Of a stretch of 64,000 nt of DNA, positions 28,400 through 38,463 are shown one piece after another. The DNA is from a virus (Duplodnaviria > Caudoviricetes). The stretch spans positions 128,001 through 192,000 of the IMG/VR virus record IMGVR_UViG_3300038679_000051. One strand, written 5' to 3'. How positions within the stretch are numbered: position 1 is the stretch's first letter; every line of letters starts with the position of its first letter. The position numbers and the translations under genes are program-made. The notes under the pieces are model-generated. The model was given only the letters and a program-made list of their open reading frames with translations, had not been told where the DNA came from and made no database searches.

Positions 28400-30198
28400 A
28401 GTCCTTCAATTCTGACCGTTGATTTACCATTCACACCAGGTGGTCGTTTTTCTACTATGATTTTGGTCGGAAATGCGTCGAACATTTCTGATTTATGACT
28501 TATGACTAATATACTATCCGGACGATCGGTCATTTGGTCATTGTTTACAAAATCCTTCCAAATGATCTCGACGAATGATTGTATCCCACTCTTATCCAAT
28601 CTCCCATCTATCTCATCAAGCACTAATATGTTGCATTGTTTGCCATATATGGCAGAATGTAGATCATATAGTGCAAACATCAATGCGACGTCAATTCTCT
28701 TTTTCTCACCGCCGGAAAACCAGACGTAATCCCATTTGTCGCTCTTACATTGTAGATATTGATTAAATTCTAACTTAGTATCAAGACCAACTGCTTCTAT
28801 ATAATATGAAAGTCTATTATTTAAATATGGTATCAAATCAGTCAATATCAGACTCTTTAATTTGTTTTTGTCATGATACATTTTGTAGATATAATCAACA
28901 TGTCTTATGAAGACGTTCAGTTTTGTCGTCTTCAGATCATGGTCTCGCAATTTTTCTTTGGTCTTTATTAATTGTTTATTATATTCATCTATTAACGTTT
29001 CGTAGGGATTCCTTTCGTTCTGTTTAGATTCAATCATTAATTTATGCTGAGAAATGTCTCTAACCAGATTGTTTACAGATGCATTATGTAATTCTGCTTC
29101 ACGCGCCGTGATTTTTGGTTTGATCTCTTCTAATTTTTGTTCCGCTTTATTGGCAGTCGTTCTTAATTGATTGATTGTGGTCGTTATCTGCGTCTTTGCG
29201 TCAACCAATTTTGACATTTCCTCTATGATTTCATCAATGTGTTTTTTGGCATGATTTGGATCGATTTTTTGTAGACATTTCGCACAGATCCCACCGGATT
29301 TCTTTTTCCATTCATCCATTATTCTATTTCTAGAATCGATTTTCGAATTGATGTTTAATAATTCATTAGAATTATAATCGTCAATTTTCGATCGCATCGC
29401 ATTTATTTTGCTCTGAACCTTTGATACGACTTCCCATTTCTTTTTTAGATCCTGAATGTCGATCAGATTCCCATCTCTGGTCAATTTTTCTTCCATAGTG
29501 GATAACGCCATTGTCATCTTCTTGATCTTATCTGATCTCTCAATCTCGAACGGTTTCATCTTTTGTTTGGTGTTTACAATGTCAGATTCTATTCGGCTTA
29601 ATTCAGAAACCATGTCATCATATGCAATTGCATTCATCGATTGCATCTGGTTGAGTTCTTTGACCTTTTCGCCAGCTATTTCGGCGCGGACGTTCATTCT
29701 ATGGAGGTGCAATAATCTTTCGAGTGATTTACGGCGTTTTGCGTCCGGTAATTCTAAGAATGGTTTACTGAATTGTCCGAAGAACGTTCCGGCTATGAAC
29801 AATTCGTAATCCAGATCGAACATTTTGTTTAATGTGGCTTGCGTATTAGTGCTCGTCGAATGAGTGATGTCGGTCTGATCTTTATAAATGAATAATTCGT
29901 TGGCATTCTTTCTTCTGAATCGTTTAATTGTATGTCCAGTGTCGGTCTCCAATGACACATAACATTCATCTAGACCCCAACCTATTACATTGTTTGCTGG
30001 TCGTTCTGACGACGGCATTTTGCCAAATAAGCACCACAATATAGCATCTACCAAAGTGCTCTTGCCAGCGCCGTTGCTAACATCGTCACCATTATGGCCA
30101 ATTATCAAAGTCGGACCGAGATTGTCGAGACGAATCGTCGTTTCTTCTACACCAAAAGATCTAAAACCACTAATCGTAACGCTCTTTAATCCAAGCAT
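28396..30198 (-). CDS. sbcC: SbcC/Rad50/gp46 ATPase subunit
   Basis: GFRSFG, GAGKST, CAKC zinc hook, FSGGEKKRID, LVLDEIDGRLD, VISH. Confidence 0.93.
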   Translation of the reverse strand: MLGLKSVTISGFRSFGVEETTIRLDNLGPTLIIGHNGDDVSNGAGKSTLVDAILWCLFGKMPSSERPANNVIGWGLDECYVSLETDTGHTIKRFRRKNANELFIYKDQTDITHSTSTNTQATLNKMFDLDYELFIAGTFFGQFSKPFLELPDAKRRKSLERLLHLHRMNVRAEIAGEKVKELNQMQSMNAIAYDDMVSELSRIESDIVNTKQKMKPFEIERSDKIKKMTMALSTMEEKLTRDGNLIDIQDLKKKWEVVSKVQSKINAMRSKIDDYNSNELLNINSKIDSRNRIMDEWKKKSGGICAKCLQKIDPNHAKKHIDEIIEEMSKLVDAKTQITTTINQLRTTANKAEQKLEEIKPKITAREAELHNASVNNLVRDISQHKLMIESKQNERNPYETLIDEYNKQLIKTKEKLRDHDLKTTKLNVFIRHVDYIYKMYHDKNKLKSLILTDLIPYLNNRLSYYIEAVGLDTKLEFNQYLQCKSDKWDYVWFSGGEKKRIDVALMFALYDLHSAIYGKQCNILVLDEIDGRLDKSGIQSFVEIIWKDFVNNDQMTDRPDSILVISHKSEMFDAFPTKIIVEKRPPGVNGKSTVRIEGL

Positions 30199-30515
30199 CC
30201 ATCCTTCTCCATTCTTTTCAACCATTCATCTCTCTCTGGTAGTGATCTTTCGATTCCATCACCATCAATCTTACCGCCGAATCTTTTTAAAAGAATCATC
30301 GCCGGTTCATATATCTGTTTCCAATCACCCTTCCATGGCACGACTATGAATATTTCGATTTCATTACCAATCTTGATCAGTATGTCTACGTCATTCTTCC
30401 TGTAAGTGTGATAATCCTTATCTTTACCCACATATGAAAAATTCATGTTTAGACATGCCATTTCAATTTCTGATAAGACGTTTCGTTTTATTTTGATGTG
30501 AACCGCATAACTCAT
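30186..30515 (-). CDS. hypothetical protein
   Basis: 109 aa between sbcD and sbcC; GGAGG SD. Confidence 0.55.
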   Translation of the reverse strand: MSYAVHIKIKRNVLSEIEMACLNMNFSYVGKDKDYHTYRKNDVDILIKIGNEIEIFIVVPWKGDWKQIYEPAMILLKRFGGKIDGDGIERSLPERDEWLKRMEKDGCLD

Positions 30516-31612
30516 TCATCGTCCTCCAACCCTTTTTCGATGAGTATTTCCTCGGCTCTCTCAGATATGCTCTCATTCAATTTTTCCAATAATTTTATGT
30601 CATATTCAGTTGGTTTGTCGACGCTAAGCCAAGTATGTAGAGCAGATTTGTGATTTCGCAAATCCACCTTTACGTTCGACATTTTTCTTTCGGTTTCAAT
30701 CTGTTCCTTAGGTCGTGCAAAGACTACTGATTTCGCACCACTCTCGATCAAGTTTTGTCGAATGGTCGTCAATTCGTTTGGCGTATATTCTCTAGATAAG
30801 ATGATTTTTATATTATTGCCTTTTGCGTTCTTGATTATGGTTCCCTCTTCCGTGTCACTCATATTAGTCAAATGTTTTGGCGGTGCCTGACTTAATAATT
30901 CAGCCGGACATGCATCATATATGTCTATGAATTCAACCTTTCGGGGATTGAAATTTACGACCAGAAATCCATGATCAACTAATCCATCGTCGAATCTAAA
31001 TGAAATTGGACTGCCTGGATACCAAATCCGATCTCCTACTTGTTGTTGGCAATGGAAGTGTCCAGTGAAAATTGATGACATTTTTACGTCATCGAAATGA
31101 ACTTTCGACCAATGTTGTAATAGGAAGCATCTGTTTAGTTCCGCGCCGCGCACTCCGATGTGCGTCAATAGGATGTCTTGTGGTTCAGCACGATTGTTGA
31201 TCTCCATCAGATGGACCAAATATTCATCTTCATTATAAATGAATGGCAATATGAAGAATTTGAAGTCGACGAAATCAATCACTGATGGTTCGTCGATCGC
31301 CGTCAACACTTTACCAAGCGGTCTCACTGAATTTATGTCCCATGAATTCTTTAAAAACATGTCATGGTTTCCTGGGAACGTGGTCCATTTTTGTCCCCAT
31401 TTTTCTTGCGTTTCGCTGAAAAAATCATATGCTTTAACTAACGTCTCAATGTTTATGCTTACCCGATCGTGAAACAAATCCCCTAGACAATAAACGTTGG
31501 TTATGTGATGATCATGTGCATATTGTCGCATAATCATCATAGCCCAAATACAATTGTCCAACTTGCTGGGGATTCCGAGATGTGGATCTGAAAAAATCAA
31601 TGCTTTATTCAT
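30512..31612 (-). CDS. sbcD: SbcD/Mre11/gp47 nuclease subunit
   Basis: FSDPHLG, LGDLFH, PGNHD, LLTH, TGHFH, YPGSP. Start reassigned to MNKALIF. Confidence 0.93.
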   Translation of the reverse strand: MNKALIFSDPHLGIPSKLDNCIWAMMIMRQYAHDHHITNVYCLGDLFHDRVSINIETLVKAYDFFSETQEKWGQKWTTFPGNHDMFLKNSWDINSVRPLGKVLTAIDEPSVIDFVDFKFFILPFIYNEDEYLVHLMEINNRAEPQDILLTHIGVRGAELNRCFLLQHWSKVHFDDVKMSSIFTGHFHCQQQVGDRIWYPGSPISFRFDDGLVDHGFLVVNFNPRKVEFIDIYDACPAELLSQAPPKHLTNMSDTEEGTIIKNAKGNNIKIILSREYTPNELTTIRQNLIESGAKSVVFARPKEQIETERKMSNVKVDLRNHKSALHTWLSVDKPTEYDIKLLEKLNESISERAEEILIEKGLEDDE

Positions 31613-31619
31613 AATCGTT

Positions 31620-31647
31620 AAATACTTGACAAAGATAACAAGTATTT
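31620..31647. promoter_or_regulatory. inverted repeat formed by back-to-back AAGTATTT elements
   Basis: AAATACTTG-N10-CAAGTATTT between divergent sbcD and dinG. Confidence 0.55.
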
Positions 31648-31672
31648 GATATGTGGTTTCATGAATGGAGGA

Positions 31673-33334
31673 ATGATGCGAATAGACAACATGGGCAAAA
31701 GAAAATTGATTCTTGACCCGGTCGACCGGGTTGAGGACGTGAAAGTGGAAGACAATTTCATTGATGACGTTTTCCCAATGAAAGAGTATCGTCATGGACA
31801 GAAAGAAGCAATCAAGAAGATTTTAGATTCATTTTCTAGTGGGAAGAAATTCGTTCTTTTGAATGCACCAACTGGTAGTGGGAAAAGCGTGATTGGATAT
31901 ACCGTTTCTAAAATTTTAGGGTCATCGTTTTATTTGACTTCTACTAAGATATTACAATCACAATTGGTCGGCGATTTTGACGACATTGTTGATCTAAAAG
32001 GTCGCAATGCATATAAATGTAATTATTGGACCTCTTATTTAAATGATCCAAGTTGTTGCAATACCATCGACGCGATAACGCATTCTCAATCCTACAAGAA
32101 TTGTGCAAATGGACATTGTAAATCGATTGGTAGTGCAAAATGCAAATATGAAGGCAATTGTGAATATTGGAATAGATTGAACGAAGCAATACAAGCCACC
32201 GTCTGTGCCATGAACTATAAGAGCTTTTTATTCCAAATGATGGTTGGCAATCGTTTCGTAGATAGATCTTTACTCATCGCGGATGAAGGTCATAACATAG
32301 AAAATGAATTGATGGATTTCGTAAGCGTAACGTTTACCGACAAAATGCTTCGTGCGGCGAACATCAAGATAGAGGATTTGGGGTCTGTCCAGGCATATCA
32401 AGAGCGATTTAGAACGAATGACATATCATCAATTTTATCAGAATTGAAGGCTCTTGCACTTAGTCAGTCTTCTATTAAAGAATACGAAGAAATTGAACGT
32501 CTCGAAATCAAATTAAATATGTTTATGATAGAAGACCCAACGTGGTGGGTATACGAATTGAAGAATCACAAGAATGGCAACACGACGTTAGAATTTAAAC
32601 CAATATATGTAAGACAACACGTCAATCGTTTGGTGTTTAGTAAAGCTTCCTCTATCTTGATTATGAGTGCAACTCTAATTGATTTTAACATGATTATGGA
32701 TATGTATGGCATTGATCGCAATGATTGTGTCACCATCACTATGCCAAATTCTTTTCCAAAAGAGAATCGTCCCATCTATAAAAAATATGCTGGATCAATG
32801 AACTTTAAAGATAAATTTGGTACTATGCCAGAATTAATTAAGAAAGTAAACGACATATGCCGTCATTATCGTGATTTCCGTGGAATCATCCATACGCATA
32901 ATTTTGAAATCATGAAGAAACTTGAAGAATGTTGTTCGCAGGAGGTCTCCCAAAGATTTTTATTGCAGACTAATTTTCAAAACAAAGAAGCAATGTTGGA
33001 AGAGCATGCACAGACTAAGAATGGCATCATCGTTGCACCAGCGATGCACGAGGGTCTCGATCTTCGTGATGATTTGAGTCGATTTCAAATCATTTGCAAA
33101 ATTCCATATCCAAATTTTATGGACAATAAACAATTAAAGATGAGGACAGAGTTGAACCACAATTATTTAGGTTATTTATGTGCATTAAAGATAATACAAT
33201 CTTATGGTAGATCAATCAGATCCGAGGATGATTGGGCCGATACTTATGTCATCGATTCGGAATTCGATAGATTTGTACAACGGAACAGAGCAATGTTGCC
33301 AAAATGGTTTGTGGAAGCTATAACCACTCGTTGA
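31673..33334 (+). CDS. dinG: DinG/Rad3-family SF2 helicase
   Basis: RHGQ, APTGSGKS, LKGRNAY, DEGHNIE, MSATL, EGLDL, IICKIPYP, QSYGRSIRS. Confidence 0.9.
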   Translation: MMRIDNMGKRKLILDPVDRVEDVKVEDNFIDDVFPMKEYRHGQKEAIKKILDSFSSGKKFVLLNAPTGSGKSVIGYTVSKILGSSFYLTSTKILQSQLVGDFDDIVDLKGRNAYKCNYWTSYLNDPSCCNTIDAITHSQSYKNCANGHCKSIGSAKCKYEGNCEYWNRLNEAIQATVCAMNYKSFLFQMMVGNRFVDRSLLIADEGHNIENELMDFVSVTFTDKMLRAANIKIEDLGSVQAYQERFRTNDISSILSELKALALSQSSIKEYEEIERLEIKLNMFMIEDPTWWVYELKNHKNGNTTLEFKPIYVRQHVNRLVFSKASSILIMSATLIDFNMIMDMYGIDRNDCVTITMPNSFPKENRPIYKKYAGSMNFKDKFGTMPELIKKVNDICRHYRDFRGIIHTHNFEIMKKLEECCSQEVSQRFLLQTNFQNKEAMLEEHAQTKNGIIVAPAMHEGLDLRDDLSRFQIICKIPYPNFMDNKQLKMRTELNHNYLGYLCALKIIQSYGRSIRSEDDWADTYVIDSEFDRFVQRNRAMLPKWFVEAITTR

Positions 33335-34064
33335 TGATTGGTCTATTTAATCTAATCAAACGATCAATATTGTGTCGTTTCATTGTATTCACTTTTTTAA
33401 ATTTCACAGATTGTTCCAATTTGAGTTTTCTGTCCTCGAATCCAGCACCAATTCGTTTGGCATGAATTAGCATTCCTTTAAATATTGTTGATTTATATAA
33501 CAATTCATTGTTATATTCTAAAATACGTTCTTCATTCGAATTTAAATCATATTCTGATGTACATTGTATTATTTTATTTTTCTGTCTGTTCTTTTGATAT
33601 GTAATTAATAATTTGTCTGGTTCATCATAGCGATATGAAATATAATATATTAAACCATCCAATTTAATTATTGAATCATTTGTGTCTCTTATGTGTACGT
33701 TAATCTCTGGATCAGAAAACACAATACGGTTCTTATATAAAAAACCGGCTCTAGTCCTAATGATCATTTTTGGTTCTGATAATTGATCCAATGTTTTACC
33801 GTGCATATGATATAAGAAAAATGGTGGTCCAGATATGAATGATACATTCCATTGTCCATCTTCGTACCACGCTGTTGGTGCACATTCGCAAGTATCATCA
33901 TCTAGATTAGTTTTAATTTTGATTATGTTCTCGTCACCAATTTCATAACATATCTTCCATGTTTTTTCGTATTTACAGAAAAACAATATGTCTTCGTTGT
34001 TTGGTCCAATCATCGCAAATGGCATGTGGGTTAAAATGTTATTATTCAGAACTTTATCGAACAT
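33318..34064 (-). CDS. hypothetical protein, possibly beta-propeller-like
   Basis: 248 aa; AGGGAG SD. Confidence 0.55.
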   Translation of the reverse strand: MFDKVLNNNILTHMPFAMIGPNNEDILFFCKYEKTWKICYEIGDENIIKIKTNLDDDTCECAPTAWYEDGQWNVSFISGPPFFLYHMHGKTLDQLSEPKMIIRTRAGFLYKNRIVFSDPEINVHIRDTNDSIIKLDGLIYYISYRYDEPDKLLITYQKNRQKNKIIQCTSEYDLNSNEERILEYNNELLYKSTIFKGMLIHAKRIGAGFEDRKLKLEQSVKFKKVNTMKRHNIDRLIRLNRPIINEWL

Positions 34065-34104
34065 TTTTGTTTCTCCCTTGATCAGTCAGAATGCAATCTG
34101 ATTG

Positions 34105-37100
34105 TTAACCAAAATGTAAATATAATCTGGTGGTTGTGCTAGCAAGCATTTTATCTCCAACAGAGTCTGTAGCTAATTTACTCCAAGCTTGATTAGTATT
34201 ACCAAGAGGTCGTTGTTCGAACCAATTTGTTCCACCATCAGTAGAACAATAAATACGACCATTGGTAGTCGATGAATATATGCCCACCATCATTATTGCA
34301 GCATTTCCACCAATAACACCACATCTCCAATTTCTATTTCCTGGTGTGCCACCAGGTGGAAAAATTTCAGACCAATTTGCACCAGAATCCGATGACAAAT
34401 ATAATCTTCCGCCATATATGCCTGCTAACATATATTGGCCATTCTGACTACACGCCACAAAATCCCAATTTTTATTTCCTGGTGTGCCGCCAGGTGGAAA
34501 AATTTCAGACCAATTTGCACCAGAATCCGATGACAAATATAATCTTCCGCCATATACACATGCCATTAAATTCGTTCCAGTTGAATCAGATGCAACGTCA
34601 TCCCAACTCTTATCTTCGGCAGTTCCAGTTGGTGTAGTCTCTGACCAATTGGACCCATAATCTGATGATATATATACCCTGTCACTACACACAATCAAAT
34701 TAGATCCATCAGAATCAGATGCTATGCTAGCCCAATATTCATCATTGTCGCCAATTGGTCGTAATTCAGACCATGATGATCCATAATTTGTTGATTTATA
34801 TATCCTTCCAGTCGGTGTAAAACCCGAAATTTTGGATGAAATCACCACGATTTGTGAACCATTAGAATTACTGGCGGCATCCCCCCAATCTAAGTCCTGA
34901 TAGGTATCATTCGGTTGTGTCTCCGACCATATATCTCCACCATTGGTCGACACATACAATCTTTTACCATATGCCCCAGCGATCAAATTTTGGCCGTCAT
35001 CGTCAATCGCTAATGCTGTAAAATGACGATCAACGTTCCCTGCAGGTCTCGCTTCTGTCCAATATTCTGATGATCTAGACGAGGATGATGATCTAGACGA
35101 AGATGAAGAAGATTTAGATGAGGACAAAGAGGATGAAGAAGATTTAGATGAAAACGAAGAGGATTCAGAAGATTTAGAGGATTTAGACGAAGATGAAGAT
35201 AAAGATGAAGATAAAGAAGACGAAGACCAACAAAGATACGGTGTTTGTGATTCTTTGTTTGGCCAATTTATATAAGACCCAGATAATATACCTATTTCTA
35301 ATCTGATCTCTGTTAGGTTCGCGTCAGCGATGAATGAATTAGGTAGAAGTTCTAACTTCCCATTAGCGTCAACACATCCATAATCAAATATGAATCCATC
35401 TCTTGCTATTAATCTCCAGAATGCATTTGGCTCTGCTATATCATTGCCTAAGAATTGGGCAAGATCCCAAGAATCACCAATGTTTTGTAAAAATGCTCCG
35501 CCGAGTATCATAATTGGGCCACAGTCATTAAAATCAGATATATTTGTTAAGGGTTGACAATCGCCAGGCCATCGAATTGTCGTTTGATCGTCTGATTCTG
35601 AACAACCAATCTGCAATTGCATATATCCGGTATAATAGTAAGACGATACGAATTGTGCTGGTAATCCGAGCAATTCATTGTTTTCATCGATACATCCGGC
35701 ACCATACCATGGGTAAACAGTTGGGTAGCATGCACCAATCTCTATTAATCTCCAGTATCCACCACATGTTGCTATTCCAATTCCTTGATATGGTGTTAAA
35801 TCCCAAATTGGATCTGTTCCTCCATGGGTTGTTTTGCTAGCTAATATTGTTGGTGTGCATGAGCATAATGATGATGACGAACTGGATTTAGATGAACTGG
35901 AGCTGGATTTAGATGAACTGGAGCTGGATCTAGATGATGAACTAGATTTAGATGATGAACTAGAAGATTTAGACGACGAACTAGAACTGGAGGATTTAGA
36001 CGACGAACTAGAACTGGATCTAGATGATGATGAACTGGAGGATCTAGACGACGAACTGGAACTGGATTTAGATGACGAACTGGAACTGGATTTAGACGAA
36101 CTAGAACTGGAGGATTTAGACGACGAACTGGAACTGGATGACATAGATGATGATGAACTGGAACTAGACGACATGGAACTAGACGATGAGCTGGAACTAG
36201 ACGATAAACTAGATGAACTAGACGATGAACTAGATGAACTAGATGATGAACTGGAACTGGATGATGAACTGGATGATGAACTGGATGATGATGAACTAGA
36301 ACTGGACGACGACCCAGCGTCGCATGGTATCGATGTGCATACGTCCAATTCATATCCGGTACAACAGTCGACCTGGTTATAATTAATTTGCACCTTAATT
36401 AGAGCACTACCGCTCCATGGTTGATAATTTGGCGTATCAAATTTACTAGGTTTTGGTATTCTCAAAAAGAAAGTCAATTCACGCAATCCACCATCAGGTC
36501 TTAATATTGTTGCTTTAAATGTCTCATTCCCGATTGTTGGGACTGGGACTTCTTTGAGTCTCGTCATTAATTCTGCGACGATTGCATCGCCTACCCATTT
36601 GTCATTCAAATAAAGTTCGTTAAGATATGCATTCCATTGTGCGTCCGTCCAATTAGATAATTGTTGTCGTGATTGATTCCATTCTAGAGATGCGGGCATC
36701 TTCATTGCGTCAATGTCGGGCAATTTAAGATATGTCATTTTTTCTTGGTATTTAAATGGCGTCGGATGCGTCGTATCTATTGGGAAGAATTTTGCTCGTT
36801 GTTCAAAATACACTGGCGTTAATCCAGTGGCACTCAATAATTCTGCCGTCATAATTGCATTGCAACGACTTGGGAATTTACCACCAGCAGCTAAAAAATC
36901 ACCTCGTTCTTTGTCGCACTTATCAGTCGGTGATTTTACTTTTACCGTAAACGCTATCCATTCACCATCATCGCAGCATCCCCGCTTATAAGATCCATCT
37001 TCTTTTCTACAAGCTGGATCAAGCCATTCATCGTAATTCAATTTAAATGTGGCTATTTGTTTGTCGCCATTAATGGCACATTCTTGTGGTGGTATGCATC

Positions 37101-38463
37101 TGATTGTTTCTTCCTTGCATTCCACACAACACAATGGTGAACAGTTGATGTCAATTTCTTTGCCTTGTATTTCACATGGGCATGGACAACCGATTTTCTT
37201 AGGTGGACTGAATGCACCAGCAACATCACATACGTCACCAACGTTTGCGCACAAAAACATATCTTCTTGACAACAAAATTCCTCTGGTCTTGGATTTTTC
37301 ATGATCTTGAAGGGTAATGTTTGTTCTTCTTGCCATTCAAATTTCGCCCAATCGAATCTAGATACGTCAATGCATGCTCTCTGTGGCGTCCATGCCGGTA
37401 GATTCAACACTGGCTCGACCGAATCCGTTGAGATGTATTCATTATAGACGATATATTTACATGTCTGGGTCGTCGGTTGTATTGCTACCCATTTGACTAG
37501 ATGATCTGAATATCCTGGCGACGATGGATTTTCGTGACAGATGATGACTGGTTTGAATGCCGTAGCTGGCGGTAGATATGTCGGTACAATACCCATGACG
37601 CACATTTCTTTAGAGATTGCATCGACCAAATAGAATAAGTTATTGCCGACGTCGCTCTTTCTCAAATTTTTAACTGCTTGATCTACGATCAGACTATCTA
37701 ATAATTGTTGGTCCTCGATGATCTGTAAGAAATTTAAACCATCAGGTCCGATTTCACCTTTTGGGCCAATTTGTCTGATCTTGAACGTCCACGAACCCTT
37801 CTCAAACGTTCCATAAATTGTTGCTTTGAACGTCTCATTCTCCCACGTTATGTCTTTGATCTCGACTTGTTGTCCGATTATTTCGACTACTTCCATGTCT
37901 TTGGTCAACAACATTTCGGTAACTTGATTTCTGTAATTATATAAACGAAGTGAAATGTTCGTCTCGATTGGTAACGTCAATGCCTTCTCGACCATCATTG
38001 ATGATGTGGTTAAATTTCTGGGTTTCAAATGCCTTTCTTTATAAGCCTTAATGCCAGATCTGCCTTGTTTGCCTTGTAGTCCAGCATCACCTTTGGGACC
38101 TACGCAGACGTTGCGCAATACTTTCTGATGCAATCTACTTCTATCAACCTCATATCTTAGGCTCTGTTGTGATTCAGGATAGAATCTAATCAAATCATCA
38201 GACGAATTAAAATAATAGAAATATGCCTGATTATTTTCAAATTTTACTGTTTTGCGTAAGTCATCTTTGTGGAATTCTATTTTTCTTTCCCGATCGAATA
38301 ATGTCGGATACACCAACCCATCATTCTCTACATCTACAATTCGTGGAATTTTCGTCGCGCCCTTGTTTATCCATGAATTAGATTCTATGTCAAATTCATG
38401 CAGTACGCCATAAACATCTATGACTTGGTCTTTGTCTTTGGCATTTGGCGGAAACATAATCAT
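34105..38463 (-). CDS. tail fibre / receptor-binding protein: collagen-like and Cys-rich N-part, poly-Ser stalks, Asp-box beta-propeller tip
   Basis: GPKGDAGLQG and GPKGEIGPDG; two Ser tracts; six SxD/NxGxxW Asp-box motifs at the C-terminus. Confidence 0.7.
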   Translation of the reverse strand: MIMFPPNAKDKDQVIDVYGVLHEFDIESNSWINKGATKIPRIVDVENDGLVYPTLFDRERKIEFHKDDLRKTVKFENNQAYFYYFNSSDDLIRFYPESQQSLRYEVDRSRLHQKVLRNVCVGPKGDAGLQGKQGRSGIKAYKERHLKPRNLTTSSMMVEKALTLPIETNISLRLYNYRNQVTEMLLTKDMEVVEIIGQQVEIKDITWENETFKATIYGTFEKGSWTFKIRQIGPKGEIGPDGLNFLQIIEDQQLLDSLIVDQAVKNLRKSDVGNNLFYLVDAISKEMCVMGIVPTYLPPATAFKPVIICHENPSSPGYSDHLVKWVAIQPTTQTCKYIVYNEYISTDSVEPVLNLPAWTPQRACIDVSRFDWAKFEWQEEQTLPFKIMKNPRPEEFCCQEDMFLCANVGDVCDVAGAFSPPKKIGCPCPCEIQGKEIDINCSPLCCVECKEETIRCIPPQECAINGDKQIATFKLNYDEWLDPACRKEDGSYKRGCCDDGEWIAFTVKVKSPTDKCDKERGDFLAAGGKFPSRCNAIMTAELLSATGLTPVYFEQRAKFFPIDTTHPTPFKYQEKMTYLKLPDIDAMKMPASLEWNQSRQQLSNWTDAQWNAYLNELYLNDKWVGDAIVAELMTRLKEVPVPTIGNETFKATILRPDGGLRELTFFLRIPKPSKFDTPNYQPWSGSALIKVQINYNQVDCCTGYELDVCTSIPCDAGSSSSSSSSSSSSSSSSSSSSSSSSSSSSSSSSSSSLSSSSSSSSSSMSSSSSSSSSMSSSSSSSSKSSSSSSSKSSSSSSSKSSSSSSSRSSSSSSSRSSSSSSSKSSSSSSSSKSSSSSSKSSSSSRSSSSSSKSSSSSSKSSSSSSLCSCTPTILASKTTHGGTDPIWDLTPYQGIGIATCGGYWRLIEIGACYPTVYPWYGAGCIDENNELLGLPAQFVSSYYYTGYMQLQIGCSESDDQTTIRWPGDCQPLTNISDFNDCGPIMILGGAFLQNIGDSWDLAQFLGNDIAEPNAFWRLIARDGFIFDYGCVDANGKLELLPNSFIADANLTEIRLEIGILSGSYINWPNKESQTPYLCWSSSSLSSSLSSSSSKSSKSSESSSFSSKSSSSSLSSSKSSSSSSRSSSSSRSSEYWTEARPAGNVDRHFTALAIDDDGQNLIAGAYGKRLYVSTNGGDIWSETQPNDTYQDLDWGDAASNSNGSQIVVISSKISGFTPTGRIYKSTNYGSSWSELRPIGDNDEYWASIASDSDGSNLIVCSDRVYISSDYGSNWSETTPTGTAEDKSWDDVASDSTGTNLMACVYGGRLYLSSDSGANWSEIFPPGGTPGNKNWDFVACSQNGQYMLAGIYGGRLYLSSDSGANWSEIFPPGGTPGNRNWRCGVIGGNAAIMMVGIYSSTTNGRIYCSTDGGTNWFEQRPLGNTNQAWSKLATDSVGDKMLASTTTRLYLHFG
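34335..34556. repeat. 84-bp direct repeat (34335-34418 and 34473-34556), one mismatch
   Basis: Both copies encode YGGRLYLSSDSGANWSEIFPPGGTPGN; period 138 nt. Confidence 0.9.
35869..36312 (-). repeat. low-complexity Ser-codon array (~148 codons)
   Basis: GATGAACTGGA/GACGAACTAGA-type units on the + strand; mixed TCN/AGT codons on the coding strand. Confidence 0.9.

Noticed and set aside
31613-31795. Track extension of sbcD to 31795
   Set aside because: Overlaps dinG head-on; homology starts at MNKALIFSD.
34335-34556. DGR template/variable repeat pair
   Set aside because: Both copies are in-frame blades of one gene, there are too few differences to show an adenine-specific pattern, and no reverse transcriptase is in the window.
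35834-36382. Long D/E/L-rich ORF (+) and His/Pro/Val ORF (35841-36353, -)
   Set aside because: Shadow frames of the poly-Ser codon array within the 1452-aa gene.
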